Shown in pieces: positions 16,762 through 25,187 of a DNA stretch of 32,000 nucleotides. The first letter of the stretch is position 1. Every line of letters starts with the position of its first letter. Where the stretch lies: positions 360,001 to 392,000 of the forward strand of contig JBHLRO010000001.1 of NCBI GenBank assembly GCA_048882505.1, written 5' to 3'. The notes below the pieces were generated by a model. That model searched no databases and was not told the DNA's origin. It saw nothing but the letters and a program-made list of their open reading frames with translations. This DNA comes from Candidatus Thorarchaeota archaeon (GTDB taxonomy: Archaea > Asgardarchaeota > Heimdallarchaeia > Hodarchaeales > Hodarchaeaceae). A program made the position numbers and the translations under genes.

Positions 16762-17577
16762 GTGATGGATATGGAAAAGTACAGTTCTGCCATTAAAATG
16801 CTAAAAAAAGCTTCGAAGGAAGCACAGGAAGCAGTAAATGAGGAATTCAGGAAAAAGAAATATCCTTTGAAAGAGATTGACTTTATGGAGACCTGGGACT
16901 GGGCGTTTTCCTGTCCGAATTGCACCGCGTTAACGGATCAAAAAATGTGTCCCAAGTGTCAAATATCCATGAATGGAGAAAACCTGCTGTTCTTACGGTT
17001 GAAATGGCTTGAACCCCCTGAACCAACCGTGGCTTATGATGATCTCATTTCAGCGGAAGAAAAGGAAATTTATGATATTGAATTCAAGAAAGCGGAACAA
17101 ATCCTCAGTAGGATGTATGCTAGTAGTAAGAACAGGGGAATGCCATCTCAGGTAGAATTAAGGAGAGCATTAGAGTACTGTATGTGGGCAAATAAACAAG
17201 ACGGTCACTATGCAACGGCTATAATCGCGGCAGGGGTTTGTTATTATTTGCTAGAGGAGTACTTTGAAGCTATTCTTTGTTGGGTTCACGAAGCGGAGGA
17301 AGATGACATCGACTCTCTGTATTATCTGTTTAAAGCCTATAGAAAAGTTGGGTGGTATCGCCATGCAGCTGGCGTCGCTAGGATGATCAGCAGCTACTGT
17401 AGTCCTACTATGAACATTGTAGCTAAAAAACTTGAAGAAATTCCTCGGCCAAGCATGGATAAGGAATTAATTGATTCTGTTGATTCAGCAATTGAAGAAA
17501 AACTAAGAGATTGTCTGAGAGAGTGTTTAGGAGCAGAAGATATAATGTATAGACCAGCCAATGAATTTTTTGATTAG
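16762..17577 (+). CDS. Zn-ribbon plus TPR-like protein
   Basis: CPNC-x8-CPKC followed by TPR-like helices (ATAIIAAGVCYYLLEEYFEAILCW). Confidence 0.75.
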   Translation: MMDMEKYSSAIKMLKKASKEAQEAVNEEFRKKKYPLKEIDFMETWDWAFSCPNCTALTDQKMCPKCQISMNGENLLFLRLKWLEPPEPTVAYDDLISAEEKEIYDIEFKKAEQILSRMYASSKNRGMPSQVELRRALEYCMWANKQDGHYATAIIAAGVCYYLLEEYFEAILCWVHEAEEDDIDSLYYLFKAYRKVGWYRHAAGVARMISSYCSPTMNIVAKKLEEIPRPSMDKELIDSVDSAIEEKLRDCLRECLGAEDIMYRPANEFFD

Positions 17578-17637
17578 AAGAGAAATAAGCAAGGATTTAA
17601 TAATAGATTTAACCAAGACAATTGATAAATATCTGCA

Positions 17638-17874
17638 GTGAAGGGGTTATTGGATATGGTGCAATGCGAATTTGTTGTAATTCTCGATATTGATCTTCCA
17701 GCTGATCAAGAATTTAAGAATAAGGAGGAAATACTAAGCTACTTGACTGATGAAGGGTATCGGCAACTTAAGAAGCTTCCGACCTTTAGTGAACTCAGTG
17801 GTGAGATTCATGTCTTTAATGAAGACAAATTAGACAGGTATTTTTCCATTGACGAAGAAGAAGAAACCCTATGA
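17638..17874 (+). CDS. Small acidic hypothetical protein
   Basis: 78-aa co-oriented ORF; start (GTG 17638 or ATG 17656) uncertain. Confidence 0.6.
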   Translation: MKGLLDMVQCEFVVILDIDLPADQEFKNKEEILSYLTDEGYRQLKKLPTFSELSGEIHVFNEDKLDRYFSIDEEEETL

Positions 17875-17929
17875 TAAGGAAGAAGAGCTTGAAATATTTA
17901 GAGAAGTGAAAGGTTAACTTGGTGACCCT

Positions 17930-18427
17930 ATGTGGTTTACTCAATTAGGATGGGGAGCCCCAGTCACAGGAATTTTCTGGGACTATGAGAACGTTCCCCT
18001 CCGGCATACCGACTGGGAGGACTTTCTGCACGGCTTGAGAGCCTATGTGAATAGTAATCAGGTGATTTTCGCCCGCGTCTACGTACGGAAGGCCACCCTG
18101 CCTATCAAAGATCGTGAGCTGATCAATGCCCTGAATATCTTTGATTATAAATGGATCCGCAAGGATGATCCTAATGCCGCCGATTATTCCCTGATTCAAT
18201 CCTGTCTGGATGTCCTAAAGATTCATTCCCAAATTAACCATGTGCTTCTCGTCTTTGGGGACGCAGATTTTCTCGAATTGACTGATCAGCTTCACGAATG
18301 GCAGGTAGCTATCAGTTTGATCTGCCAGTCTCGCAATTATAGTGAGGATTTGCGATCCGAGGTGCACTACGCATATTCGGTTCATTTCGTGGCGAGCCAT
18401 CCCCAGGATTGGTGGCTATATCGGTAA
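17930..18427 (+). CDS. NYN-domain (PIN-like, LabA/limkain-b1 type) ribonuclease
   Basis: GIFWDYENVP, NAADYSL, LLVFGDADF and YSEDLRSEV motifs carry the conserved acidic tetrad. Confidence 0.88.
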   Translation: MWFTQLGWGAPVTGIFWDYENVPLRHTDWEDFLHGLRAYVNSNQVIFARVYVRKATLPIKDRELINALNIFDYKWIRKDDPNAADYSLIQSCLDVLKIHSQINHVLLVFGDADFLELTDQLHEWQVAISLICQSRNYSEDLRSEVHYAYSVHFVASHPQDWWLYR

Positions 18428-18803
18428 CCGGGGGGTAACAATGCGGATTTGCCGGTCATCGGATCGCCAAATACTGGAAAATCGAGAGTCGTTTCGGTAA
18501 CTAAATCGAGGAATTCGTGATCTATGAGGAGTATAATATTCATAACAATCGGAGATGGTTTCATTTGAGTGATAAAGTTGAGAATGACATAAAATTTGCT
18601 TATAAATTTCAAATTACTTTTGAACAGGAGGCAAACTCTCAGCTCTTGGATGTCAAAATCAAAAGCCGCTTCTTACACGATTTAAGGAACATTTGGGCAC
18701 ACACGATTAACTTATTGGACCAAAACATCAGGCATTTGGGACTTGGACCACCGACGAATATTATGATCAAAATTATCCCTACGAATACGTTTCTGTCGCC
18801 CAA

Positions 18804-21800
18804 ATGGATCCCGACTTTTCACAAGGGTTCACGGCCGCGGCCTGGGTTTGGTATGACGTGACGAATAATAATTCTCGAATTATGGACTTTGGAAATGGTC
18901 AAGCTTCGGACAATATCGTGTTCGCCAATTCGGGGACTACCACAGATCTCATCTTTAAGGTGTACACAGGAGCTACTTCGGGGGGAACTATCACAGCCGC
19001 TGGTGTCATCGAAACAGGAAAATGGATGCACCTGGCAGCGACTGTAGATATGAATGGAAACGCCAAAATTTACAAGGACGGAGCAATGCTTGCCTCAGGT
19101 ACAACCGCGGTTCCAGCCAGCATTAATAGAACCCAGAATTGGTTGGGCCGCAGTAATTGGGCCGGGGACTCCTATTTCGATGGTCGCCTGAAAGATTTTG
19201 AAATGTGGAATTATGCGTTAAATGAGGACGAAATTGTCCAGAGTATGATGGATGCCCACTATGATCCGATCGAGGATAATGTGGCATTAATCCGAGACGG
19301 CCTCCTCGCTAATCTACAAAGTATTGTCTTACCTGCCACGGTAATGAATACTGTCCGCCTTGAACACTATATGCAAACTGAAATTGAGATGTATGACCCT
19401 AGTTCGGGCGCGGTTCTCTGGCATCCCTTTGGCCAAGTGTTGTTAACTTCGGATTTACTTCCCGACGCTATTTGGGAAGGATCCCAGAACGGGTCAGTAG
19501 TTGAACAATACTTGGAACAAGGGGGTAAGATGGTATGGCCAGGGGGTTATCCTGCATTCAGTATCCATACCACGAAGGCAGAGTATCCAGATTGGGCCAC
19601 GGGGAACTATGTCGGTATTGGATTAGATTACGAGGGCGCTTTGGGTCATCAGTTTATTTTTGACATAAACACTGCCAATAACCGGGGGAATTCCTTTGGC
19701 ACTGGATTGATCGCCTACTCGGATGGGGAGTACCATGATGACGACTATGATGCCGATTACGATTATGCCACCCAGACCTACAACAGTAACGATAATGTAA
19801 TCGATGCCTTTACCCAAAGCGGGGGAAATTGGCACCAAGACACGAGCGGGAATTATGATGACATCAAGTACGATATCGTCGCAGCCCAGCATCCCGCGTT
19901 TACCCAAGCCATTTGGGCGGGACTGGATGCCCACGTCATCCTGGGTAAACATGAGTTCGATTCGGAATGGTATCGCGATGGAGTCGGTGGTGGAACAAAC
20001 AAATGGGACGTTTACGACCTTGATGGTTATTCTCGGGGAGTAAGTCAGAAGGATCCTACTACTGGGTACGGGATATTGAACGTTCAAGATGAATTTCGCG
20101 ACGAGATCGGAACTGATCCCATGGACATGGGACTCTGGTTCAAACCATACTTAGCAGATACAAACGGCGCTATTGAGGAGGATCTCATAGATGCAAATAC
20201 TGCAAACTGGTATGCTCAAGATGAACTTACTGGTGATCCAGTTCCAGATTCTAGTAATTTTTACCACCATGAACTGTGGAATGTCGGATCGGGTTCGATT
20301 CAGGCTGGGGTGGATGGGCGTGGTATTGTGTCTTTACTACCCATGTTTCCCTGGGATGATTTTCAGCATCCGATTACTGGTACTCAAGTTAGAAAGAATG
20401 GTGGACCGACTACCTGGTATATTGACTCCACCGATGACTATTACGGTGTGTACAGTGATCGTGGGTCTGGAGGACTCATGAATAGTCCTTCCACGCGTGA
20501 TTTATCCCGCATAAAACTCGGGATGTCTGTCGGCTCCATGATGGTGGCTATGGCGTTAGATAACATCATCATAAATGCGTTAAGAGATAACCAGACGTCA
20601 GGAACTAACCTCCTCAATCCTATGTGGTCTGATGGGAATGCATTAGATAAATACCCGTATTTGGATGATAATGTGTTAGGTCTTCGGAACAACGCATCCA
20701 CAGGTCAAAACCAGTACAGTCCTGACCATATGAATTTCCCAATCTGGACTGGTAACTACAATAAATGGATGTTTGCTAATGGATTTGCTCTCCGTGGAGA
20801 TAATGCGTACGTTTTGGAGGGCCCTGGTGGTAACTTTGATAGTGGTGATTCAATCTTACAATTGGTTTACGAGGGGAATAATCTTATTACCACCCTGCCC
20901 GTGGAAACAGGAGGTCAAGATGGGGGAGGAACGCCCAAACAGGCGAATCCGTACACCAGGCCCCAGTATTTATCTCTGGAAAATATCACATATAGTGGCG
21001 CGGACTCGGGCGATGACGGTAGTGCCTTACCCTCCATTATTTCCGGTGTTGCTACCTCTGATTGGAGGAATGTCGGAAGTCAGTATGGTCTTGAGATAAT
21101 ACCCTCTGCTTCAGGTCATCATTACTCCGCTGGAATTAGTAGTAATACCCACATCGGAGCGGGCGGGCCAAACGGAATTCATGAGTGGAGTTATTACCCC
21201 CAAGATACCACGAATGACTCCCGATCGCGGCCCGTCCAGCTGTCTCACGATATAAATTCTTACAGCGGTTTTGCCACCTCATCAGGGGCCATGGGCGATT
21301 TACTGGACGATTCGTTTACGACGAACCTAAATCGAGAAATAATTCTCAGACACCCTATAGTGAACTTGTTTTCCAATCAGGCATACTATGAGGCTGGCAT
21401 CATTGATGATATATCCGCACCAGAATGGTGGGACTACACTGTAACTCCACGAGGCAGAGGTGATTCGGGTAACTCTTACAATTACGGGGCCAGCATGCCT
21501 TGGTCAATCTATTCCCCCCTGATATTGAATGATGGGTTCAGTAGTGATAGTATTAATGCTTCTTTTACTGCAGGAAGCTATGGTGGTCAAAACCTTCAAT
21601 GGGGTGAGGATGGGGGTAGTTCCTATACGTTCTTACCCTCTTACGTTTTGGACGGGACAGCTTATGACAATTCCTCTCCACAAGCGGGGGGTGGTTCTAC
21701 TCCTGCAGGGCAACCTCGTCAATGGTTGGCCGCGGATGAATATCATATTTTAACCCTTGAGGCCAATGAAGCAGTCAGTCTCGACGCTATCCGAATTTCA

Positions 21801-23066
21801 CCTGCTCTAAACTCAGTGTTCGATTTCGTGGGTCCCAGCATTGGTTATCTAAAAGTAGCCCCAGTTAAGACGCTAGAGGTGATCATCTCCAATACCAATG
21901 ATTTTCCCATTGGTGGGGATGATATCTTAGCCAGTTACCTCGTTACGCTGCAAAAATTCCAGACTACCGATATAATAATCCCTGTTAATCCTTCTGGCAC
22001 CGTGGATGATTTTATGTCCGTGCCTGCTGGAGGGTCAATCACTTTCCGTGTGGTTAATTCCTATGATTCCTCGTATGCAGGATTTGCAGGGAATACGGAA
22101 GACTTTGATATGACCCTCCCTTATCTTGCGAATTCCAATTCTGGTGGTATCGGGGAGATCTATCTCTATGGGACTCCTGGGACAACATACACTCCAATAT
22201 CAACGAAGCTAGTACCCTTCAATGCACCCGAAGATGGCAGGCGCTACACTGATAATTTGAAGCCATGGATGATAGATGGAGGGACTTATTACCAGGATGA
22301 TCAAGAAAACAAAGGTATCCGCCGAGGAATGAATGGAGGGACATACCAAATATCAATTAGTACCGCTAGGAACGAACCTGACATTGGTAGTCTCCGATTT
22401 ATGGTAGATCATGGAGTTCTTGCCAATGTTGCGTCCACCGATTTCACCCCTGAATTCATTGCTCATTGGCAGGCCGAAATTCAGAAAACACAATTAGCTC
22501 AATTAATATTTCTTCTCTTCACTGTTCTTCTCTCCATCATTCTAATTGCCGTAACCGCAGGGATCGGCGCCCTCGCAATGGGAGGAGTTACACTCTCTGC
22601 CGCAGTCGTAGTGGGAGCCAAGGCTGGATTTGTAGCTACTATGGCCATAGGAGGTATTATCACAACGGTCCAAATAGCGGGCATCGTTAGTCCAACACTG
22701 GGTGGTTTCCTAGGTTTACTTCTTCAGATGGAAGATATCGTCGCAGGTGCGCTCATTAATCTATTCTGTGAGCTCCTAGATCTGGGTACGACGTGGAGCT
22801 TTGGTCTGTTCAACTACCTGCTGACAGGGGAGCAAATCGTCTCTCACCGATGGCGAAAGAAGCTACAACCCCTCCTTTATGCCCTGTACGCCCTATTCCT
22901 AGACTTCAACGGCACGATACCACGTCAAACTGCGGGGGCCTTTATGGACATCTTCCTTGGCTATGACCCAGATGATCTGACCCACATCATGTACGACAAC
23001 TACGAACTAGCCCTCCAACGGGGAGAAGCCTATAACTTCTTCGACTATGCTAGCTATTTCAGCTAG
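18804..23066 (+). CDS. Large (1420 aa) LamG/concanavalin-domain protein with C-terminal hydrophobic helical region
   Basis: N-terminal LamG (FTAAAWV...RIMDFGNG...GKWMHLAATVD...IYKDG...NWLGRSNWAGDSYFDGRLKDFEMWNYALNEDEI). Long G/D/S/Y/N-rich extracellular-type body and a Gly/Ala-rich hydrophobic stretch near the C-terminus. No signal peptide. Confidence 0.85.
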   Translation: MDPDFSQGFTAAAWVWYDVTNNNSRIMDFGNGQASDNIVFANSGTTTDLIFKVYTGATSGGTITAAGVIETGKWMHLAATVDMNGNAKIYKDGAMLASGTTAVPASINRTQNWLGRSNWAGDSYFDGRLKDFEMWNYALNEDEIVQSMMDAHYDPIEDNVALIRDGLLANLQSIVLPATVMNTVRLEHYMQTEIEMYDPSSGAVLWHPFGQVLLTSDLLPDAIWEGSQNGSVVEQYLEQGGKMVWPGGYPAFSIHTTKAEYPDWATGNYVGIGLDYEGALGHQFIFDINTANNRGNSFGTGLIAYSDGEYHDDDYDADYDYATQTYNSNDNVIDAFTQSGGNWHQDTSGNYDDIKYDIVAAQHPAFTQAIWAGLDAHVILGKHEFDSEWYRDGVGGGTNKWDVYDLDGYSRGVSQKDPTTGYGILNVQDEFRDEIGTDPMDMGLWFKPYLADTNGAIEEDLIDANTANWYAQDELTGDPVPDSSNFYHHELWNVGSGSIQAGVDGRGIVSLLPMFPWDDFQHPITGTQVRKNGGPTTWYIDSTDDYYGVYSDRGSGGLMNSPSTRDLSRIKLGMSVGSMMVAMALDNIIINALRDNQTSGTNLLNPMWSDGNALDKYPYLDDNVLGLRNNASTGQNQYSPDHMNFPIWTGNYNKWMFANGFALRGDNAYVLEGPGGNFDSGDSILQLVYEGNNLITTLPVETGGQDGGGTPKQANPYTRPQYLSLENITYSGADSGDDGSALPSIISGVATSDWRNVGSQYGLEIIPSASGHHYSAGISSNTHIGAGGPNGIHEWSYYPQDTTNDSRSRPVQLSHDINSYSGFATSSGAMGDLLDDSFTTNLNREIILRHPIVNLFSNQAYYEAGIIDDISAPEWWDYTVTPRGRGDSGNSYNYGASMPWSIYSPLILNDGFSSDSINASFTAGSYGGQNLQWGEDGGSSYTFLPSYVLDGTAYDNSSPQAGGGSTPAGQPRQWLAADEYHILTLEANEAVSLDAIRISPALNSVFDFVGPSIGYLKVAPVKTLEVIISNTNDFPIGGDDILASYLVTLQKFQTTDIIIPVNPSGTVDDFMSVPAGGSITFRVVNSYDSSYAGFAGNTEDFDMTLPYLANSNSGGIGEIYLYGTPGTTYTPISTKLVPFNAPEDGRRYTDNLKPWMIDGGTYYQDDQENKGIRRGMNGGTYQISISTARNEPDIGSLRFMVDHGVLANVASTDFTPEFIAHWQAEIQKTQLAQLIFLLFTVLLSIILIAVTAGIGALAMGGVTLSAAVVVGAKAGFVATMAIGGIITTVQIAGIVSPTLGGFLGLLLQMEDIVAGALINLFCELLDLGTTWSFGLFNYLLTGEQIVSHRWRKKLQPLLYALYALFLDFNGTIPRQTAGAFMDIFLGYDPDDLTHIMYDNYELALQRGEAYNFFDYASYFS

Positions 23067-24184
23067 GTGTCGTCCGCCATATCTTGCGACCTGTTTGACA
23101 GAATACGATAACTCCCATAGCTAAGCACACAACCTCCCAGAAAGATGAGGGGGGTGTACAACAGATCTACTGGGACACTGAATCGGAGGTCAAAGATCCC
23201 CGCAATAAGGTAGGGGAAGAAAATACTTAGAAATCCGAAGATAGACAATATTATTAGAGGAATGATTCGTAATTGGTAGGTGCTTGAATCAGATTTTAAA
23301 ACTCTCTCGAGTCGGTTTTTCATTTCGTGTGAGATTAGGGGATACTGATAATAGCTAGACAAGGCTAATATGGGGAGGAGGAGGAGACAGCTCTGGATTA
23401 AAATGACCGTAAAGATCTGTAGGTTCATTATCCCAGAAAAGAATCTTACAATGGCTTGATTACTGGCCGCGCTATTAATGTTATCATCTATCCTCATGAA
23501 GAAATACAAAGAAACATAGGCCATAAGCATAAGAGAAGCAGCCAGTGTTATTACGGGGGGTTCATCTGAGTCAAGTTGAGAGTTAGCCTTTAAGAATTGG
23601 GGAATGTTGACTACTAACAGCAACAGAATAGTGGTTAAAATGAACTCCTGGAATATAAGAAGAAAGATGAGGGGTTCCAATGGTAGAACATCAGAAAGCC
23701 ACACCTCCCATTGGATCCACTCCAATGGATAACCTTGGTCAAAAAGATAGGAACCTGGGATCCCCAAGGCAGCAAGAACTAGTGAGATGATGAGAAGAGC
23801 GGCGAGACTTTTCGTAAGACCACACCCGATGTAGATTGTAAGCCATGAGTGGATCGGAGGATTTCGAGATTGATCTTTCACTGGTTTTCGAAGACTGAGG
23901 TAACCGAGTGTTCCAAGTAGAATGCTCACACAAAGCAGAAGAATCATGTGCCATTCGGGACTAATCAATAGGAACCGTGAAATCTCTGCATACAACCCCT
24001 TGAGTTGAAATACTTCTGCCCTCCTTCCACGACTGATGCTATTGTCAAGTGAAGCAAAAATAAAGAGCATATAATTGAGCACACATAGGAACACCCCCAA
24101 GATGCATAATATACTTCCCCCCAGGTAGTCGTAAGCAGATCTCGTACTCATTCTCAAGCGGTCATGCTTCCTCTTCTTCCTCAA
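23063..24184 (-). CDS. Hypothetical multi-pass membrane protein
   Basis: 373 aa with about 8 hydrophobic segments; its stop overlaps the LamG gene stop. Confidence 0.75.
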   Translation of the reverse strand: MRKKRKHDRLRMSTRSAYDYLGGSILCILGVFLCVLNYMLFIFASLDNSISRGRRAEVFQLKGLYAEISRFLLISPEWHMILLLCVSILLGTLGYLSLRKPVKDQSRNPPIHSWLTIYIGCGLTKSLAALLIISLVLAALGIPGSYLFDQGYPLEWIQWEVWLSDVLPLEPLIFLLIFQEFILTTILLLLVVNIPQFLKANSQLDSDEPPVITLAASLMLMAYVSLYFFMRIDDNINSAASNQAIVRFFSGIMNLQIFTVILIQSCLLLLPILALSSYYQYPLISHEMKNRLERVLKSDSSTYQLRIIPLIILSIFGFLSIFFPYLIAGIFDLRFSVPVDLLYTPLIFLGGCVLSYGSYRILSNRSQDMADDT

Positions 24185-24725
24185 TCCACCTTAGTCTCGG
24201 ATGAATGCCAGACCGCCACTTTAGGTCATATTTTTCGGCCAATGCATAAATCTCGTCAATTTTTTCTTCAAGTTCCTTTTCATTAAAGAGGTCAACATCG
24301 CCTAACCAAATAAGATACGCGTTCAAAATCCGGTCCAATCTTTGTTTAAAGTCAATTGGTCTGACCAACTGCTCCAACTTTGTCATTAACGGGTTATCCT
24401 CATAAGCATCGAAGAAAAATAGCAGGATTTTCCCCTCCCCAGGATTTACGGCCGCTCCAATGAAGGATTTGTCGTGTTTTATTAGAACCTCCCACACATC
24501 GGAGCGTTCGATGTCGTCCCAAAGCCTATGATGGTTTATTTCAGCCCCTTTATATCGTAGGTACTGGTAACGAGCCCAGTTCTCGTCTTTAATCCTCTCA
24601 TGTTCTGTAATGTGTCTAAACTCTGAGATGTCTCGATCTTCCTCATTATCGGGATCTTGGCGAAACCCATGGGTCTTGAGGAATGCTTCTAGATCTGCGA
24701 CGGTCTTTATATCCATAGTATTCAT
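24162..24725 (-). CDS. Hypothetical acidic soluble protein
   Basis: 187-aa ORF overlapping the start region of 23063..24184 (coupled pair). Confidence 0.75.
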   Translation of the reverse strand: MNTMDIKTVADLEAFLKTHGFRQDPDNEEDRDISEFRHITEHERIKDENWARYQYLRYKGAEINHHRLWDDIERSDVWEVLIKHDKSFIGAAVNPGEGKILLFFFDAYEDNPLMTKLEQLVRPIDFKQRLDRILNAYLIWLGDVDLFNEKELEEKIDEIYALAEKYDLKWRSGIHPRLRWIEEEEEA

Positions 24726-25046
24726 ATCTCAACCCTATATTAGATTTAAGTCCACAGTCCTGCACTCTATGGAATTGGAACCAATTCGTCTATTATTAGT
24801 TTTATGGTATACTACCTAGATGGAGAGCCACTTCCTTTTTAAAGTCTTCACACCACGCAATATAACTAATCATTTCTCAAATTGACATGCCTTCTCCATG
24901 TATAGTTATGTGGGTAAACCCCCTTCATCCATCCTTTATTAGTCTTCAACTACCTAAAACACAATTTAATCATCTAAACTGGCTGATTGAAAATAATGTG
25001 AGTGACTGAGATACTTTTCCTCCCCAAAAAGTCAGGAAAACAATTT

Positions 25047-25106
25047 CCGAAATGTACACTTTTTTACGCCCCCACCGAAATGTATATATACTTTCCGCAA
25101 ATTGCG
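25047..25106 (+). promoter_or_regulatory. ABC-operon promoter with repeated operator-like motifs
   Basis: CCGAAATGTA at 25047-25056 and 25075-25084, TATATATA at 25083-25090, and palindromic CGCAA-A-TTGCG at 25096-25106. Confidence 0.55.
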
Positions 25107-25187
25107 AAATTGACGCAATTAAATTAACAAAAAAAGGTTGAATCAACATTTACGCAAAAATTCAATTGGCAAGGAGAACGGAAAAAA

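Larger units (their letters stand above)
5861..24725. mobile_element. Putative genomic island / integrated element remnant (boundaries approximate)
   Basis: About 20 ORFs, mostly ORFans, with alternating strands and abrupt GC shifts (spot counts: 32/60 GC at 9661-9720 vs 19/60 at 10441-10500). Several nucleases and truncated ORFs, flanked by housekeeping-type genes. No integrase, tRNA or att repeat found. Confidence 0.5.

Noticed and set aside
18445-18468. GDPMTGKS P-loop-like motif in minus-strand ORF 18382..18612
   Set aside because: No Walker B or continuation, the ORF overlaps the NYN gene, and a GxxxxGK[ST] hit is expected by chance in six frames of 32 kb.
18517-18861. 114-aa ORF overlapping the start of the LamG gene
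   Set aside because: No motif; its 3' half is an alternative frame of LamG-like coding sequence. It is treated as junction sequence.
18804-23066. Idea that the giant protein is an Fsx1/HAP2 fusexin
   Set aside because: No Cys-rich fusexin domain II (only one Cys in the protein), wrong size, and an N-terminal LamG domain.
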